From assembly GCA_040386535.1 (NCBI GenBank), contig JAZKFH010000008.1:69068-133067 (forward strand): a DNA stretch of 64,000 nucleotides, in the 5' to 3' direction. The DNA is from Myxococcota bacterium. Lineage in GTDB: Bacteria; Myxococcota_A; UBA796; SXON01. The notes under the pieces were generated by a model. That model ran no database searches. It had not been told where the DNA came from and saw nothing but the letters and a program-made list of their open reading frames with translations. The position numbers and the translations under genes were made by a program. Shown in pieces: positions 1-10,442 of the stretch. Each line of letters starts with the position of its first letter. Position 1 is the stretch's first letter.

Positions 1-440
1 CGCCGTTCGCGACGGTCTCGGTGGCGCCGGGGTAGTCGCTGCTGCTCGTGTCGTCGCAGTCGGTGGAGACGGCGGCGCCGGTGCCGGAGACACAATCGAG
101 CGTCGATCCGTCGACCACCACGGTGGTGCCGAAGTTGTCGTTGTCGGAGTCGGTGTAGCAGGAGTCGACGCCGTCGCAGTCCTCGTCGTCGCCGTTCGCC
201 GTGGTCTCTGCGGCGCCGGGGTAGTCGCTGCTGCTCACGTCGTCGCAGTCGGTCGCGACGGGCGCGCCGGTGCCGGAGGTGCAGTCCAGCGTCGAACCGT
301 CGACCACGACGGTGGTGCCGAAGTTGTCGTTGTCGCTGTCGGTGTAGCAGGAGTCGACGCCGTCGCAGTCCTCGTCGTCGCTGTTGGCGACGGTCTCGGT
401 GGCGCCGGGGTAGTCGGTGCTGCTCGCGTCGTCACAGTCG
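1..440. repeat. 189-bp (63-aa) tandem repeat, about 2.3 copies visible, within the repeat lipoprotein
   Basis: cgccgttcgc...ggtagtcg recurs at 1, 190 and 379 with high identity. Confidence 0.85.
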
Positions 441-1807
441 TTGCTGTTGGAGGCGTCGTAGCCGCTGGCCACCTGGGGCTCGCACCAGCACTGCGTCACC
501 GCCGTGCCGTAGGTGTCGCTGTCCCCGTCGTAGTTGAACGTGGTGCAGTCGGTGGCGTCGAGCAGATCGAACGCGTCGTCGCAATTGTCGTCGTAGGTGG
601 TGCCGCAATCCTCGTTCATCGCGGTGTTCACCAGGGCGCGCACGTCGTCGCAGTCGGTTCCGGTGCTGATGTCGTCCTCGGAGTCGAAGCCGTCCCCGTC
701 GGCGTCGTAATCGGAGCTGCCGTTGCAGTCGTTGTCCACCCCGTTGTACCAGATCTCCGACGCACCGGGGTACGCCTCGGCGTCCTCGTCCTCGCAGTCC
801 GTGCCCGTGGTTCCGCTGCGCGCGGGGAGCTCGCTGGTGTCGTAGCCGTCGAGGTCCTGGTCGAAGTCGGAGTCGCCCGCGCAGTCCGCGTCGACCGCGT
901 CGTACCAGGCGTCTTCCGCCCCGGGGAACACCGCGTCCGCCGTGGGCTGGGTGCGGCCGTTGATCGCGACGAAGTCGGCGGGGATGGAGTCGAAGTCGTC
1001 CCAGCAGTCGGTCCCGGTGCCGTCGCCGTCCGCGAGGCTCTCGAACCCGTCGAGATCCTTGTCGTAGCGGTTGCCGTCGCAATTCTCGTCGATGTCGTTG
1101 TACCAGACCTCGGGAACGTCGGGATCGGGGAAGATCGCGGCGTTCAAGTCGTCGCATTCCGCGTCGATGTTGTAGCCGTCTCCGTCCTGGTCGTAGTCGC
1201 TCTCGCCGTCACAGTTGGCGTCGGTGCCGTCGTACCAGGTGTCCGTGGCGTCGGGGTTCACGTCGACCGGGTCGAGGTCTCCCGTGACTTCGCCGCTCGC
1301 GGGGTACTCGTCGAGCTCGGCGGAGTCGAAACAATCGTCGCCGGCCGCGCCGTCCGCGTTGCGGTAGTCGGGGTTGGAGGTGTCGAAGCCGTCGAGGTCC
1401 TGGTCGAAGTCGGAGACGCCGTCACAGTTGGCGTCGATCCCGTCGTAGTAGACCTCGAGCGCGTCGGGGTTGACGGTCGCCGCGGTCAGGCCCGGGAAGC
1501 CGTTGATCGCGTCGAACCCGTCGGGGATGATGTTGGGGTCGTCCCAACAGTCGGTGCCGTCCCCCGAGCCGACGGCGTCGAAGCCGTCCCCGTCCTGGTC
1601 GAAGTCGGAGAGACCGTCACAATTCTGGTCGATCCCGTCGTACCAGACCTCGGCGGCCTCGGGCCCGATGTCCGCGCCGCCTTCGGGCGAATCGGCGCAA
1701 TCGCCGTCGAGGATGCTCTTGCCGTCTCCGTCCTCGTCCCTCAGCGTCCACGTGGTGCCGCAGCCGGCGACGGAAGAGGAGAGCACGAGCAGGAGCAGAC
1801 CACGCAT
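1..1807 (-). CDS. Asp-rich repeat lipoprotein with many 'putative metal-binding motif' (Cu-binding_MopE-like) repeats; 3' end runs off the window
   Basis: Not in the ORF track because it has no stop in the window. ATG at 1807 reads MRGLLLLVLSSSVAGC (lipobox), followed by repeated DCDD...PGA.E.WYDG.D.NCDG and DxDGDG motifs. Confidence 0.85.
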   Translation of the reverse strand, partial: MRGLLLLVLSSSVAGCGTTWTLRDEDGDGKSILDGDCADSPEGGADIGPEAAEVWYDGIDQNCDGLSDFDQDGDGFDAVGSGDGTDCWDDPNIIPDGFDAINGFPGLTAATVNPDALEVYYDGIDANCDGVSDFDQDLDGFDTSNPDYRNADGAAGDDCFDSAELDEYPASGEVTGDLDPVDVNPDATDTWYDGTDANCDGESDYDQDGDGYNIDAECDDLNAAIFPDPDVPEVWYNDIDENCDGNRYDKDLDGFESLADGDGTGTDCWDDFDSIPADFVAINGRTQPTADAVFPGAEDAWYDAVDADCAGDSDFDQDLDGYDTSELPARSGTTGTDCEDEDAEAYPGASEIWYNGVDNDCNGSSDYDADGDGFDSEDDISTGTDCDDVRALVNTAMNEDCGTTYDDNCDDAFDLLDATDCTTFNYDGDSDTYGTAVTQCWCEPQVASGYDASNSNDCDDASSTDYPGATETVANSDDEDCDGVDSCYTDSDNDNFGTTVVVDGSTLDCTSGTGAPVATDCDDVSSSDYPGAAETTANGDDEDCDGVDSCYTDSDNDNFGTTVVVDGSTLDCVSGTGAAVSTDCDDTSSSDYPGATETVANG

Positions 1808-2007
1808 GAGGGACCCGGGAAGCCGCCGCAGTTTAGATCAGGCTTCGGACCAACGCCAACCGGCATGGCCAAGGCGACCGGCGTCCGTCGCAGGGCCGGC
1901 GTCACGTCAAGAGCCGTCATCGCGGCTAGAAGGCGCCTCCTGGGCTTTCGACAGGTGGCGGGCCACCGGTTAGCCCTGCGCCCCTGAATGAGAAGGGCTC
2001 ACTGACG

Positions 2008-2900
<893 letters not shown>

Positions 2901-2904
<4 letters not shown>

Positions 2905-3671
2905 GGAACGTGTACGCGATCGCGCGCCGCGAGCTCTCCGCGTTCATGACCGGCCCGATCGGCTGGATCATCCTCTGCGGCTTCGTGCTGATGTTCGGCT
3001 TCTTCTTCGTCATGATGCTGCTCCAGTACGATCAGGCCGCGGCCGAGTCGGTGTTCAACCCCTACGCGGCCGACCAGATCAACGTGAACGACATGATCGT
3101 CATGCCGTTGTTCAGCAACATGCTGGTCATTCTGCTCCTGTCCGCGCCGGCGATCACGATGCGGCTCATCGCGGAGGATCGCCGCACCCGCGCGATCGAC
3201 CTGTTGCTGACCTCGCCGGTGCGCTCCTCCGAGATCGTCCTCGGCAAGTTCGCCGGAGCGATGGGGTTCGCCACGTTGATCGTCTCGACCACCTTCCTGT
3301 ACGGCGCCATCCTGATGCTGCTCGGGGAGCCCGACCTCGGCATCATGGCGTCGAACTACGTCGGCTTCATCCTGCTGTTCGGCGCCATGATGGCCACCGG
3401 GCTGTTCGCCTCGTCGATGACGGAGAACCAGGTGGTGGCGCTGAGCGTCGCCTTCGGTCTGAACCTCCTCCTCTGGATCGTCGGCTGGTCCGGCGCCCTC
3501 ATGGACGAAGGCGCGCTCAAGAGCACCGTGGAGTACGTCTCCACGCTCTCCCACTTCGAACAGATGTCCAAGGGTGTTTTCCGGCTCCAGGACATCGTCT
3601 ACTTCCTGACCTTCATCGGTTTCTTCCTGTTTGCGTCGACGCAGCGGGTCGAAGCCTTGCGGTGGCGCTGA
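2901..3671 (+). CDS. ABC-2 type permease (GldF-like)
   Basis: IARRELSAF N-terminus, TMRLIAEDRR..LLLTSPV...IVLGKF, six TM segments; GTGA overlap with the ATPase gene. Confidence 0.9.
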
Positions 3672-5347
3672 TGTTCGCTCTGCGCGCGCTCGGGTGGCTC
3701 TTCGGCCTGCTCGGGCTCCTCCTCGTCGGGATCTCCGGCCTCTCCTTCGTCTTCCTCACCGACCCGCCGCTGGCGCTCAAGATCATGGGTGGCGTCGGCG
3801 CCGCGATGATGGGCGCCTGGCTCCTGCTGGACTGGGGCTCCCTGAAGAACCTCGGCAGCGACCAGACGGTCGTCCGCAGCACCACGGCGTCGTTCGCGAC
3901 GCTCCTCGCGCTCGGGATCGTCGTCACGCTCAACATCGTGGTGTTCCGCTACGACGAGGAGTGGGACCTCACGGAGACCAAGCGGTACACGCTGGCGCCC
4001 CAGAGCGTCGAGGTTGCCGGGCAGCTCGACCGCGAGATCGAGGTCCTCGCCTTCTTCCGCGGCGGCATGCAGGAGGAGGTGAACTTCAAGGAGCTCGTGC
4101 GCCGCTACCAGGAGCACACCTCGCTCCTGAAGGTCGAGTACTACGACCCGTCGGCCAACCCGACGATGGCGGAACAGAACGACATCCGCACCGACGCCCC
4201 GGTCGTCATCCTCAAGGTGGGCGAGAACACGCAGCGCCTGGAGACTGCGCTCGACGAGCAGGCGTTCACCAGCGCGCTGGTGCGCGTGAACTCCGACGTG
4301 CAGCACTCGGTGTGCGTGGTGACCGGCCACGGCGAGCTCGAGCTGATGGACGACCAGGGCCCCGACGGCATCGGCATCGCCAAGCTCAAGCTCGAGGGCG
4401 TGAACTACAAGGTCGAGCCGGTGTCGCTGCTCCAGAGCCCGCCCACGCCCGAGGCGTGTGAGGTGCTCGTCCTCGCATCGCCCCAGGTCGATCTGCTTGC
4501 CGCCGAGCGGGACCGCCTCGCCCAGTACGTCGCGGCGGGTGGCGGGCTCATCGTCATGGTCGATCCCGTGGTGGCCCCGGAGACTGCCGCTGATCTGGTG
4601 CGCTACGGCGTGGCGGTCGGGAACGACGTGGTCATCGAGGCCGATCCCTACCGGCAGACCCAGGGCGGGCCCACCTACGTGATGCTCGACGAGTCGAGCT
4701 TCGACATCCACCCGATCACCTCGAAGCTCAAGGGCGGCGGGTTGTTCGGCAACGTGCGCTCTGTCGGCAAGGGGCCCGAGATCGCGGGCCTGACCGTGCA
4801 GGTGCTCGCCACGGCTTCGGACAAGAGCTGGGCGGAGACCGCGCTGGCCGACGCGCAGGACACGTGGGCGCCGACCGAAGGCGCGGACATCGTCGGCAAG
4901 GTGCCGCTGGCCGCGGTCGTGGAGGTGGCGGATCCCGCCGCCGTGCGCACGACGACGGTGGCGCCGGTGCCCGTGGCCGCGGACGGCACGCCGACGGGTG
5001 CCGCTCCGGAGGGTGCTGCTGCGCCCGCAGCGCCGGCGGTGGCGGTCGAGGCCGCACCCACGCTCCCCCCGAAGGCAGGCGGCCGCGTGGTCGTGTACGG
5101 CGATGGCGACTTCGCCTCGAACAAGCTCATCACCGTGGGCGTGAACCAGGACCTCCTGATGAACGCCGTGGCGTGGATCGTGGGCGAAGAGGACCAGGTG
5201 ACCATCCGCCCCAACGAAGCGGGCAAGGGCAAGCTGAACCTCAACATCGTCACCGTGTTCCTCTCCAGCGTCGTCGCGCTCGTGGTGGCCCCGGGGCTCA
5301 CCATCGTCGGCGCGGTCGCCACATGGCTGCGGCGCAGGCGCCTGTAG
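3671..5347 (+). CDS. GldG-like ABC transporter auxiliary protein
   Basis: Likely start is the ATG at 3671 overlapping the permease stop. WDLTETKRYTL, VTGHGE, GRVVVYGDGDFASN motifs; C-terminal TM ending WLRRRR. Confidence 0.9.
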   Translation: MFALRALGWLFGLLGLLLVGISGLSFVFLTDPPLALKIMGGVGAAMMGAWLLLDWGSLKNLGSDQTVVRSTTASFATLLALGIVVTLNIVVFRYDEEWDLTETKRYTLAPQSVEVAGQLDREIEVLAFFRGGMQEEVNFKELVRRYQEHTSLLKVEYYDPSANPTMAEQNDIRTDAPVVILKVGENTQRLETALDEQAFTSALVRVNSDVQHSVCVVTGHGELELMDDQGPDGIGIAKLKLEGVNYKVEPVSLLQSPPTPEACEVLVLASPQVDLLAAERDRLAQYVAAGGGLIVMVDPVVAPETAADLVRYGVAVGNDVVIEADPYRQTQGGPTYVMLDESSFDIHPITSKLKGGGLFGNVRSVGKGPEIAGLTVQVLATASDKSWAETALADAQDTWAPTEGADIVGKVPLAAVVEVADPAAVRTTTVAPVPVAADGTPTGAAPEGAAAPAAPAVAVEAAPTLPPKAGGRVVVYGDGDFASNKLITVGVNQDLLMNAVAWIVGEEDQVTIRPNEAGKGKLNLNIVTVFLSSVVALVVAPGLTIVGAVATWLRRRRL

Positions 5348-5471
5348 AAGCGTGTGCCACGAGCGCCGGTAGGAGCGTCTGTAGGATCGCTCTCCGGTCT
5401 GGCGGGTCGTCCCGACGCTCCATGGACGCGTCGGGACCCGACAAGCTACAGTGCCCCGGCGCGAGGCAGAC

Positions 5472-5930
5472 ATGAACACGCCCGACATCATCGATCTGGC
5501 CGTAGCCATCGAGCTCGAGTGCGCGGCGCTCTACGAGGTGTTCGGGCGGTGCTTCGCCGGTCGCGACGAAGTCGTGTACTTCTGGCGGATCTACGCCGAG
5601 GCCGAGCGGTATCACGCCGCGAGCATCCGCATCCACCAGGCCGCGTTTTCGGGTGAGCCGATGGAGGCCCTCGAGGTCGGCGCGATCGAGGCGGGCAAGG
5701 TGCTCGACGAGATCCGGGCCCTGCGGGTCGGCTTCGAGCGCGCGCCCCCCACCATCGTGGAGGCGCTCCGCGCCGCGCGGCAGGTCGAGGAGTCGAGCGC
5801 CGAGCTGCACGGGCGCACGCAGTTCTTCAAGCTGCACCCCCACTTCGCGGAGCTGTTCCAGAAGATGGCGGAAGAGGACCGCGCGCACCGCGACGTGTTG
5901 AGCACGGCCGAGCAGCGCTTCGGGGCCTGA
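5472..5930 (+). CDS. Ferritin/rubrerythrin-like di-iron four-helix protein
   Basis: AVAIELECAALYE and two ExxH-type motifs (EAERYH, EEDRAH); GAGG SD before ATG 5472. Confidence 0.75.
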   Translation: MNTPDIIDLAVAIELECAALYEVFGRCFAGRDEVVYFWRIYAEAERYHAASIRIHQAAFSGEPMEALEVGAIEAGKVLDEIRALRVGFERAPPTIVEALRAARQVEESSAELHGRTQFFKLHPHFAELFQKMAEEDRAHRDVLSTAEQRFGA

Positions 5931-5979
5931 CGGATCGGGGTCGGCGAGCGCCCGATACGGCAACACCCCTGAGTTGGCG

Positions 5980-6028
5980 ACGCCCCGCGTCCAGTCCCCG
6001 GCCGGGTGGCCAGGGCGGAGCGGGGCGT
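5980..6028. terminator. GC-rich hairpin between convergent genes
   Basis: acgccccgc (5980-5988) pairs with gcggggcgt (6020-6028); there is also an inner ggcc/ggcc stem. No U-tract. Confidence 0.45.
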
Positions 6029-6076
6029 GCGGCGCGGACCGCGCGGAGCGGGCCGTCGTGACGGTGTCCCGGAGGA

Positions 6077-6394
6077 CTACGCCAGGATCTTCTGGAGCTG
6101 CATCGCGAGGCCCACGTTGGAGGCCTTGAGCTTGCCGGTCATGAAGAGCTGCATGGCGTAGCTCGGGTTGTCCAGCATCTTCTCCCAGTCGGCCTTGGCG
6201 ACGGTGATGACGCAGCCCGGCGCTTCGGCGGGGCCTTCCTTGACGGCGCCGCCCGGCGTCGCGAGGTCGATGGTCCAGACGCCCGCGCCGGTGATGTCGA
6301 ACTGGAAGACGGCGTTGACCGAGGCCGCCAGGTCAGGCTTGGCGATCAGCTTCTCGGGCATGTACTTGTCGAAGAATTCCGCGGTGTCGGCCAT
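6077..6394 (-). CDS. SCP2 sterol-binding domain protein
   Basis: VNAVFQFDITG..W.IDL ... AMQLFMTGKLK is a typical SCP2 pattern. Confidence 0.9.
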   Translation of the reverse strand: MADTAEFFDKYMPEKLIAKPDLAASVNAVFQFDITGAGVWTIDLATPGGAVKEGPAEAPGCVITVAKADWEKMLDNPSYAMQLFMTGKLKASNVGLAMQLQKILA

Positions 6395-6418
6395 TGTGGT
6401 CCTCGGTGACGGTGGGGC

Positions 6419-7207
6419 TTATCGCTTTCGACGCAGGCCCGGCAACTTCCCAACCCACGTCGCGAGTGTTTGGCGGGGTCCGAGCCGTGCGTCGCTCCAT
6501 GAATCGTCCATGTCGGCCCACGCGTGCAGGCGCGCCGCATGGGCGAGGCCTCCCCACCAGCGCCAGACCCAACGCCCGCCGAAGCGCCCGGTGACGACGT
6601 TGCCGATGTCCTCCATGCGCAATTGCTCCGGCCCACGAAGGACGTGTACGCCGCCCGCGCCGGTTAGCGTCAGCGCCGCCCGCGCCGCGTCGTCGAGGAG
6701 CAGGGGCCAGGAGGGAGGCGCGCCGCGGGGGAGCCGCGCGACGCCGCTCTGGCGGAGCGCCGAGACCAGGGGCCACACGCACCCGTCGTCCACGCCGAAG
6801 AGCGGGCCGAACCGCACCACGGTGGTGCGGGGCGCGGCGCGGAGCTCGTCGAGCCCGCGCTCGAACGCGTCGAGGGAGGCGATTCCGCGGCCGGCCGGGC
6901 CACACACCGTCACGGCGGCGGCGCCCTGACGCCACGCCGCGGAGGCGAGCCGTGGCACCACCTGGCCCCACACCTCGGGGGCGTCCCGATCGGTCCGGGG
7001 CGACAGCGCGAGGCACACCGTGGCGCCCTCGAGGCGAATCCGCTCGGGGTCCCCCGCGGACCACCGCCGCCAGAGCCCGCCGTGGGTGCGGGGCGTGGGC
7101 GACGCCACGAGCACGCTCCGCCCGGACGCCGCGCCCTGGCGGGCAATCGCGCCGCCGAGGTGGCCGCCCCCGAACACGACCAGGGGGCCGGGGGGGCGCG
7201 CGATCAC
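6419..7207 (-). CDS. NAD(P)-binding Rossmann-fold protein (atypical SDR / NDUFA9-like)
   Basis: GTG at 7207 overlaps the PHP gene stop; VVFGGGHLGG, TVVRFGPLFG and WPLLLDDAARA. Confidence 0.6.
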   Translation of the reverse strand: MIARPPGPLVVFGGGHLGGAIARQGAASGRSVLVASPTPRTHGGLWRRWSAGDPERIRLEGATVCLALSPRTDRDAPEVWGQVVPRLASAAWRQGAAAVTVCGPAGRGIASLDAFERGLDELRAAPRTTVVRFGPLFGVDDGCVWPLVSALRQSGVARLPRGAPPSWPLLLDDAARAALTLTGAGGVHVLRGPEQLRMEDIGNVVTGRFGGRWVWRWWGGLAHAARLHAWADMDDSWSDARLGPRQTLATWVGKLPGLRRKR

Positions 7208-8043
7208 GAAGCCGCGGGCGGATCGAGCCGCGCGACGAAGTCCCGCGCACGTTCGCCGGTGACCGCGAAGGTGCCGAGGGGCGCCTCGTGCCACCCGTGC
7301 CAGTCGGAGCCGCCGGTGAGCAGCAGCCCATGCTGCTCCGCGAGCACCTTGAGCCCGTTCCGGGTGCGGCGGTCGAGGTGCGGGCGCACCCCTTCGAGGC
7401 CCTGCAGCCCCGCCGCCACGAACGTGGCGGTCCACGCCTGGGCATCGACCAGGGAGGGGTGCGCCCAGCTGGTCAGGCCGCCGGCGGCGCGGGCGGCACG
7501 GATCGCGTCTACGAAGGGCAGCTCGATGAGCGGCACGATGCCGGCTCCGCCGAGGAGCTTGAAGCCCTCGCGCAGGTCCCGCACGTGGCCGCCGGCCTTG
7601 AGCGCGTTGAACAGGTGGTGCCGGGTGAGGCTGCGATCGCCGACCCGCGCGGGCTCGTCCGCGAGCACCAGATCCGAGAAGCCGAGCTTGGCGACCGCGG
7701 CGTCGTAGCGGACCGCGCGGACCTTGGCCCGCTCGCGGAGGAATGCACGGAAGTCCTCCGGCATCTCCGCGGGAAAGTAGACGAGCAGGTGCAGCTCGCG
7801 CCCGGCGTGGCTCCCGGACACCTCGGCGGCCGCGAGGACGCGCACGGTGTGCCCATCCCGCACGTGCCGGCCCGGGGTCAACACGTTGGGGAGGTCGTGG
7901 TCGGCCACCGCGATCATGTCGAGCTTGCCCGCGAAGGCGCGCGACAGCACGTCGTCCGGAGGGAACCGGCCGTCGGAACGGTCGGTGTGCATGTGCAGGT
8001 CGATCCGACCCGGATCCCCGCTACTCCTGGGCTTCGATTGCAT
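7204..8043 (-). CDS. PHP-domain phosphoesterase (YciV/TrpH family)
   Basis: IDLHMHTDRSDG, AVADHD, ELHLLVY, WAHP and TGGSDWHG motifs. Confidence 0.9.
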   Translation of the reverse strand: MQSKPRSSGDPGRIDLHMHTDRSDGRFPPDDVLSRAFAGKLDMIAVADHDLPNVLTPGRHVRDGHTVRVLAAAEVSGSHAGRELHLLVYFPAEMPEDFRAFLRERAKVRAVRYDAAVAKLGFSDLVLADEPARVGDRSLTRHHLFNALKAGGHVRDLREGFKLLGGAGIVPLIELPFVDAIRAARAAGGLTSWAHPSLVDAQAWTATFVAAGLQGLEGVRPHLDRRTRNGLKVLAEQHGLLLTGGSDWHGWHEAPLGTFAVTGERARDFVARLDPPAAS

Positions 8044-8476
8044 CGAGCATCCGTCCGTGGGCGTCGACCAGGGCGCGCATCTGGGCGAGGTGATGGAGGC
8101 GCGTGGACTTGAGGTGCACGAGCGATTCTTGAAGGGACCGGCGCTCTTCGTGCGCGGCGGAGAGGATTTTCTCGGCCTCGAGCCGCGCTTCTCCCACGAG
8201 CACGTCCACCTCGCGGCGGGCGGTGTTCTCGAGGTCGACCGCCATGCGGCGGGCCAGGATCAACGTCTGCCGGATCTCGTCCTGCTCGCTCCGCAGCGCC
8301 TCGACCGCGTCGTCGAGGGCGCCGAGCTCCGTCCGCAAGCGGACGTTCTCCTTGAGGGTCCCCTCCCACGCCTCCCGTACGTCGTCCAGGAAGCGCTGCA
8401 CCTCTTCAGGGTCGAGGCCTCCCTTCCGGGCCGGACCGAACTGTTTCTGGAGGATGTCCAGGGGGGTGAGAGCCAT
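8021..8476 (-). CDS. DivIVA domain protein
   Basis: MALTPLDILQKQF..GLDPEEVQRFLDDV followed by a coiled coil. Confidence 0.9.
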   Translation of the reverse strand: MALTPLDILQKQFGPARKGGLDPEEVQRFLDDVREAWEGTLKENVRLRTELGALDDAVEALRSEQDEIRQTLILARRMAVDLENTARREVDVLVGEARLEAEKILSAAHEERRSLQESLVHLKSTRLHHLAQMRALVDAHGRMLDAIEAQE

Positions 8477-8544
8477 CCCTGGCGTCTATCCCACGTACGG
8501 GGGAAACGACGTCGGCGGGAGGGGCCCCTGCGAACGCGGCGGAC

Positions 8545-10017
8545 TCATGGCACGCCGACGACGGCGGCGCCGACGTACCGTTCGCGTAGGCGCTCCACGA
8601 GCACGTCGACCGAGGGAACGTCGCTCGGGGGGAGCACCCCGAGGACCCGGTCGATGCCGACGAGCCGGGAGCGGCTGGCGACCAGCACGATGGCGTCCGC
8701 CTCCGTCTGCATGCGGAAGCGACCGTCCCCCGTGGCGAGCTTGCCCTTGTCGCCCGGGGTCTCGCTGTGGAACACCACGTCCGCCGTGGCGCCGCGCAGC
8801 GCGATGACCTCGATCCACGCCTCGTCGTCGGTGTCGAACACGACCCCGTCCGCCTCGGCGCGCGCCTCGAGCATCACGTCCGTGGTGGTCGGGACCGGGA
8901 GGGAGGCCCAGACGCCAGCGGCAACGGCGAGGAGCCCCACGAACACGGCGCCGACCCAGTAGCGGGCGGCGGACGGGGGGGGCGGCAGGGGCTCGGGGAG
9001 GGGCTCCAGCCCGTCGACCTCGCCCCACGTCATGCCCTGGAGGGTGCCGAGGAGCGTGTCCACCCCGGGGCCGATGACCGCGCGCGGCACCCAGCGGCCG
9101 GCCACGACGCGGCGGACGATGCGCATGCTGGCGGCGGGCGGGGCCCCCCGTTCGGCCGCGTCCACGAGGATCGCCGTGAGGTCGACCCGCGCGGCGTCGA
9201 CGAGCAGCACGTCCTCTTCCTGCAGGAGCCGCACTGCGTCCCCGAAGACCCGCGTGAGGGTGCGCGCGTGCTTTCGGGCGTCGGGATGCACGCTCACGCA
9301 GCAGAGGTCGACCGTGCCCGTGGGGAGGCACACGCCGTCCTCCGGCGGGAACAGGTCCCCCGGCGACAACATCCCCCCGCGGAACATCCGCAGCGCGCGG
9401 GAGCAGCGCGGACAACCCTCAGCGTGAGCGCGGCCGGGCTCGGTCGCGAGGCCGCCGGGGCCGGGACAGAGGTCACCCGCGGCCGTGGCGATGCGGACGA
9501 GCAGGCGGTCCAGGCGGGCGGGCTCCCAACCCTCGAGGGACACACCGTCCTCACCGACCACCGAGCGGGCGAGCTCGCGGACGGCGTCCCGCGCCCCGCG
9601 GAGCAGGGCGGTCTCGAGGCTCGTGCGACGCTCCACCTCTTCGAGCGGCAGGCCGTCGGCGTAGTGGAGCCGGAGCACGGCCTCGTGGATGGGGTCGGAT
9701 GCGGCGAGCATGCCCTCCCGCCAGGCCGGGGAGGGGAGCACGTCGAGATCGGGGTCGGGCGTCGGCGCCGTGTATCGACCGCCGCACCGCGCCAGGTAGT
9801 CCTCGACGGCGGCGCTCGTGCGCGTCTCCGCATCGGCGAGCCCCACGTCAGCGGGGAGGCGCCAGAGCGCGTGATCGCGTGCCGCACGGAGGGTCGGGGG
9901 GCGTGGTTGCACCCCGGCCCGGAGCAGCTCCCATGCGACGCGGATCGTGATCGGGCCCCAGAGGCGCCGGAGCGGATCAGGCGTGGGCCTCGGGGGGATG
10001 GCGGTCGGCAGTTCCAT
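8545..10017 (-). CDS. Membrane-anchored protein with a sigma region-4-like segment, a zinc anti-sigma (HxxxCxxC) motif, one TM and an extracytoplasmic domain
   Basis: AVLRLHYADGLPLEEVERR; HAEGCPRC; Pro-rich linker then YWVGAVFVGLLAVAAGVWASL. Confidence 0.6.
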   Translation of the reverse strand: MELPTAIPPRPTPDPLRRLWGPITIRVAWELLRAGVQPRPPTLRAARDHALWRLPADVGLADAETRTSAAVEDYLARCGGRYTAPTPDPDLDVLPSPAWREGMLAASDPIHEAVLRLHYADGLPLEEVERRTSLETALLRGARDAVRELARSVVGEDGVSLEGWEPARLDRLLVRIATAAGDLCPGPGGLATEPGRAHAEGCPRCSRALRMFRGGMLSPGDLFPPEDGVCLPTGTVDLCCVSVHPDARKHARTLTRVFGDAVRLLQEEDVLLVDAARVDLTAILVDAAERGAPPAASMRIVRRVVAGRWVPRAVIGPGVDTLLGTLQGMTWGEVDGLEPLPEPLPPPPSAARYWVGAVFVGLLAVAAGVWASLPVPTTTDVMLEARAEADGVVFDTDDEAWIEVIALRGATADVVFHSETPGDKGKLATGDGRFRMQTEADAIVLVASRSRLVGIDRVLGVLPPSDVPSVDVLVERLRERYVGAAVVGVP

Positions 10018-10135
10018 GGGATTGGGCGACGACGAGCGAGCCGTCGGCCCCGCTCCAGGGCGTCTCGACCAGCCTATCGCGCGCCGGTGCCAACGGGAGG
10101 CTCCGCCTCACGCGCACCGGGCATCAAGGCGAGAG

Positions 10136-10297
10136 CTAAGCGGCTTCTTCGCGCTCGGCGCGACGGGGCGAGGCCGTCAGCAGGTCGTTGATGACGGCGG
10201 CCGTCGCCACGCTGGCGAGCTCTTCGTCGCCGTACTGGGCGAGCAGCTCTTCGTAGATGGTCGAGATGAGCTCGCCGAGGTTCGTGTTGATGGTCAT
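10136..10297 (-). CDS. Small 53-aa hypothetical protein (MTINTNLGELISTIYEELLAQYGDEELASVATAAVINDLL...)
   Basis: Strong SD (AGGAGGG) just upstream of ATG 10297; GC3-biased codons; sigma54 promoter upstream. Confidence 0.8.
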   Translation of the reverse strand: MTINTNLGELISTIYEELLAQYGDEELASVATAAVINDLLTASPRRAEREEAA

Positions 10298-10342
10298 GGT
10301 GCCCTCCTGAGTCCGGTGTTCCGGGACCCGACCATCCTCCCT

Positions 10343-10358
10343 TGCAACCTCTGTGCCA
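10343..10358 (-). promoter_or_regulatory. sigma54 (-24/-12) promoter
   Basis: The minus strand reads TGGCAC-agagg-TTGCA, a consensus match about 45 bp upstream of ATG 10297. Confidence 0.8.
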
Positions 10359-10442
10359 GAGGCCGGGAGCGCTGGTTGCCGCCGGGTGTGCGCTTCGTCT
10401 CCTACATACGCACCCTGGCGCTGGCGCACTCGTCGTACAATG

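Noticed and set aside
1..440. 189-bp repeats as a possible CRISPR array or non-coding repeat
   Set aside because: The period is a multiple of three, there are no unique spacers, and the repeats encode in-frame protein repeats.
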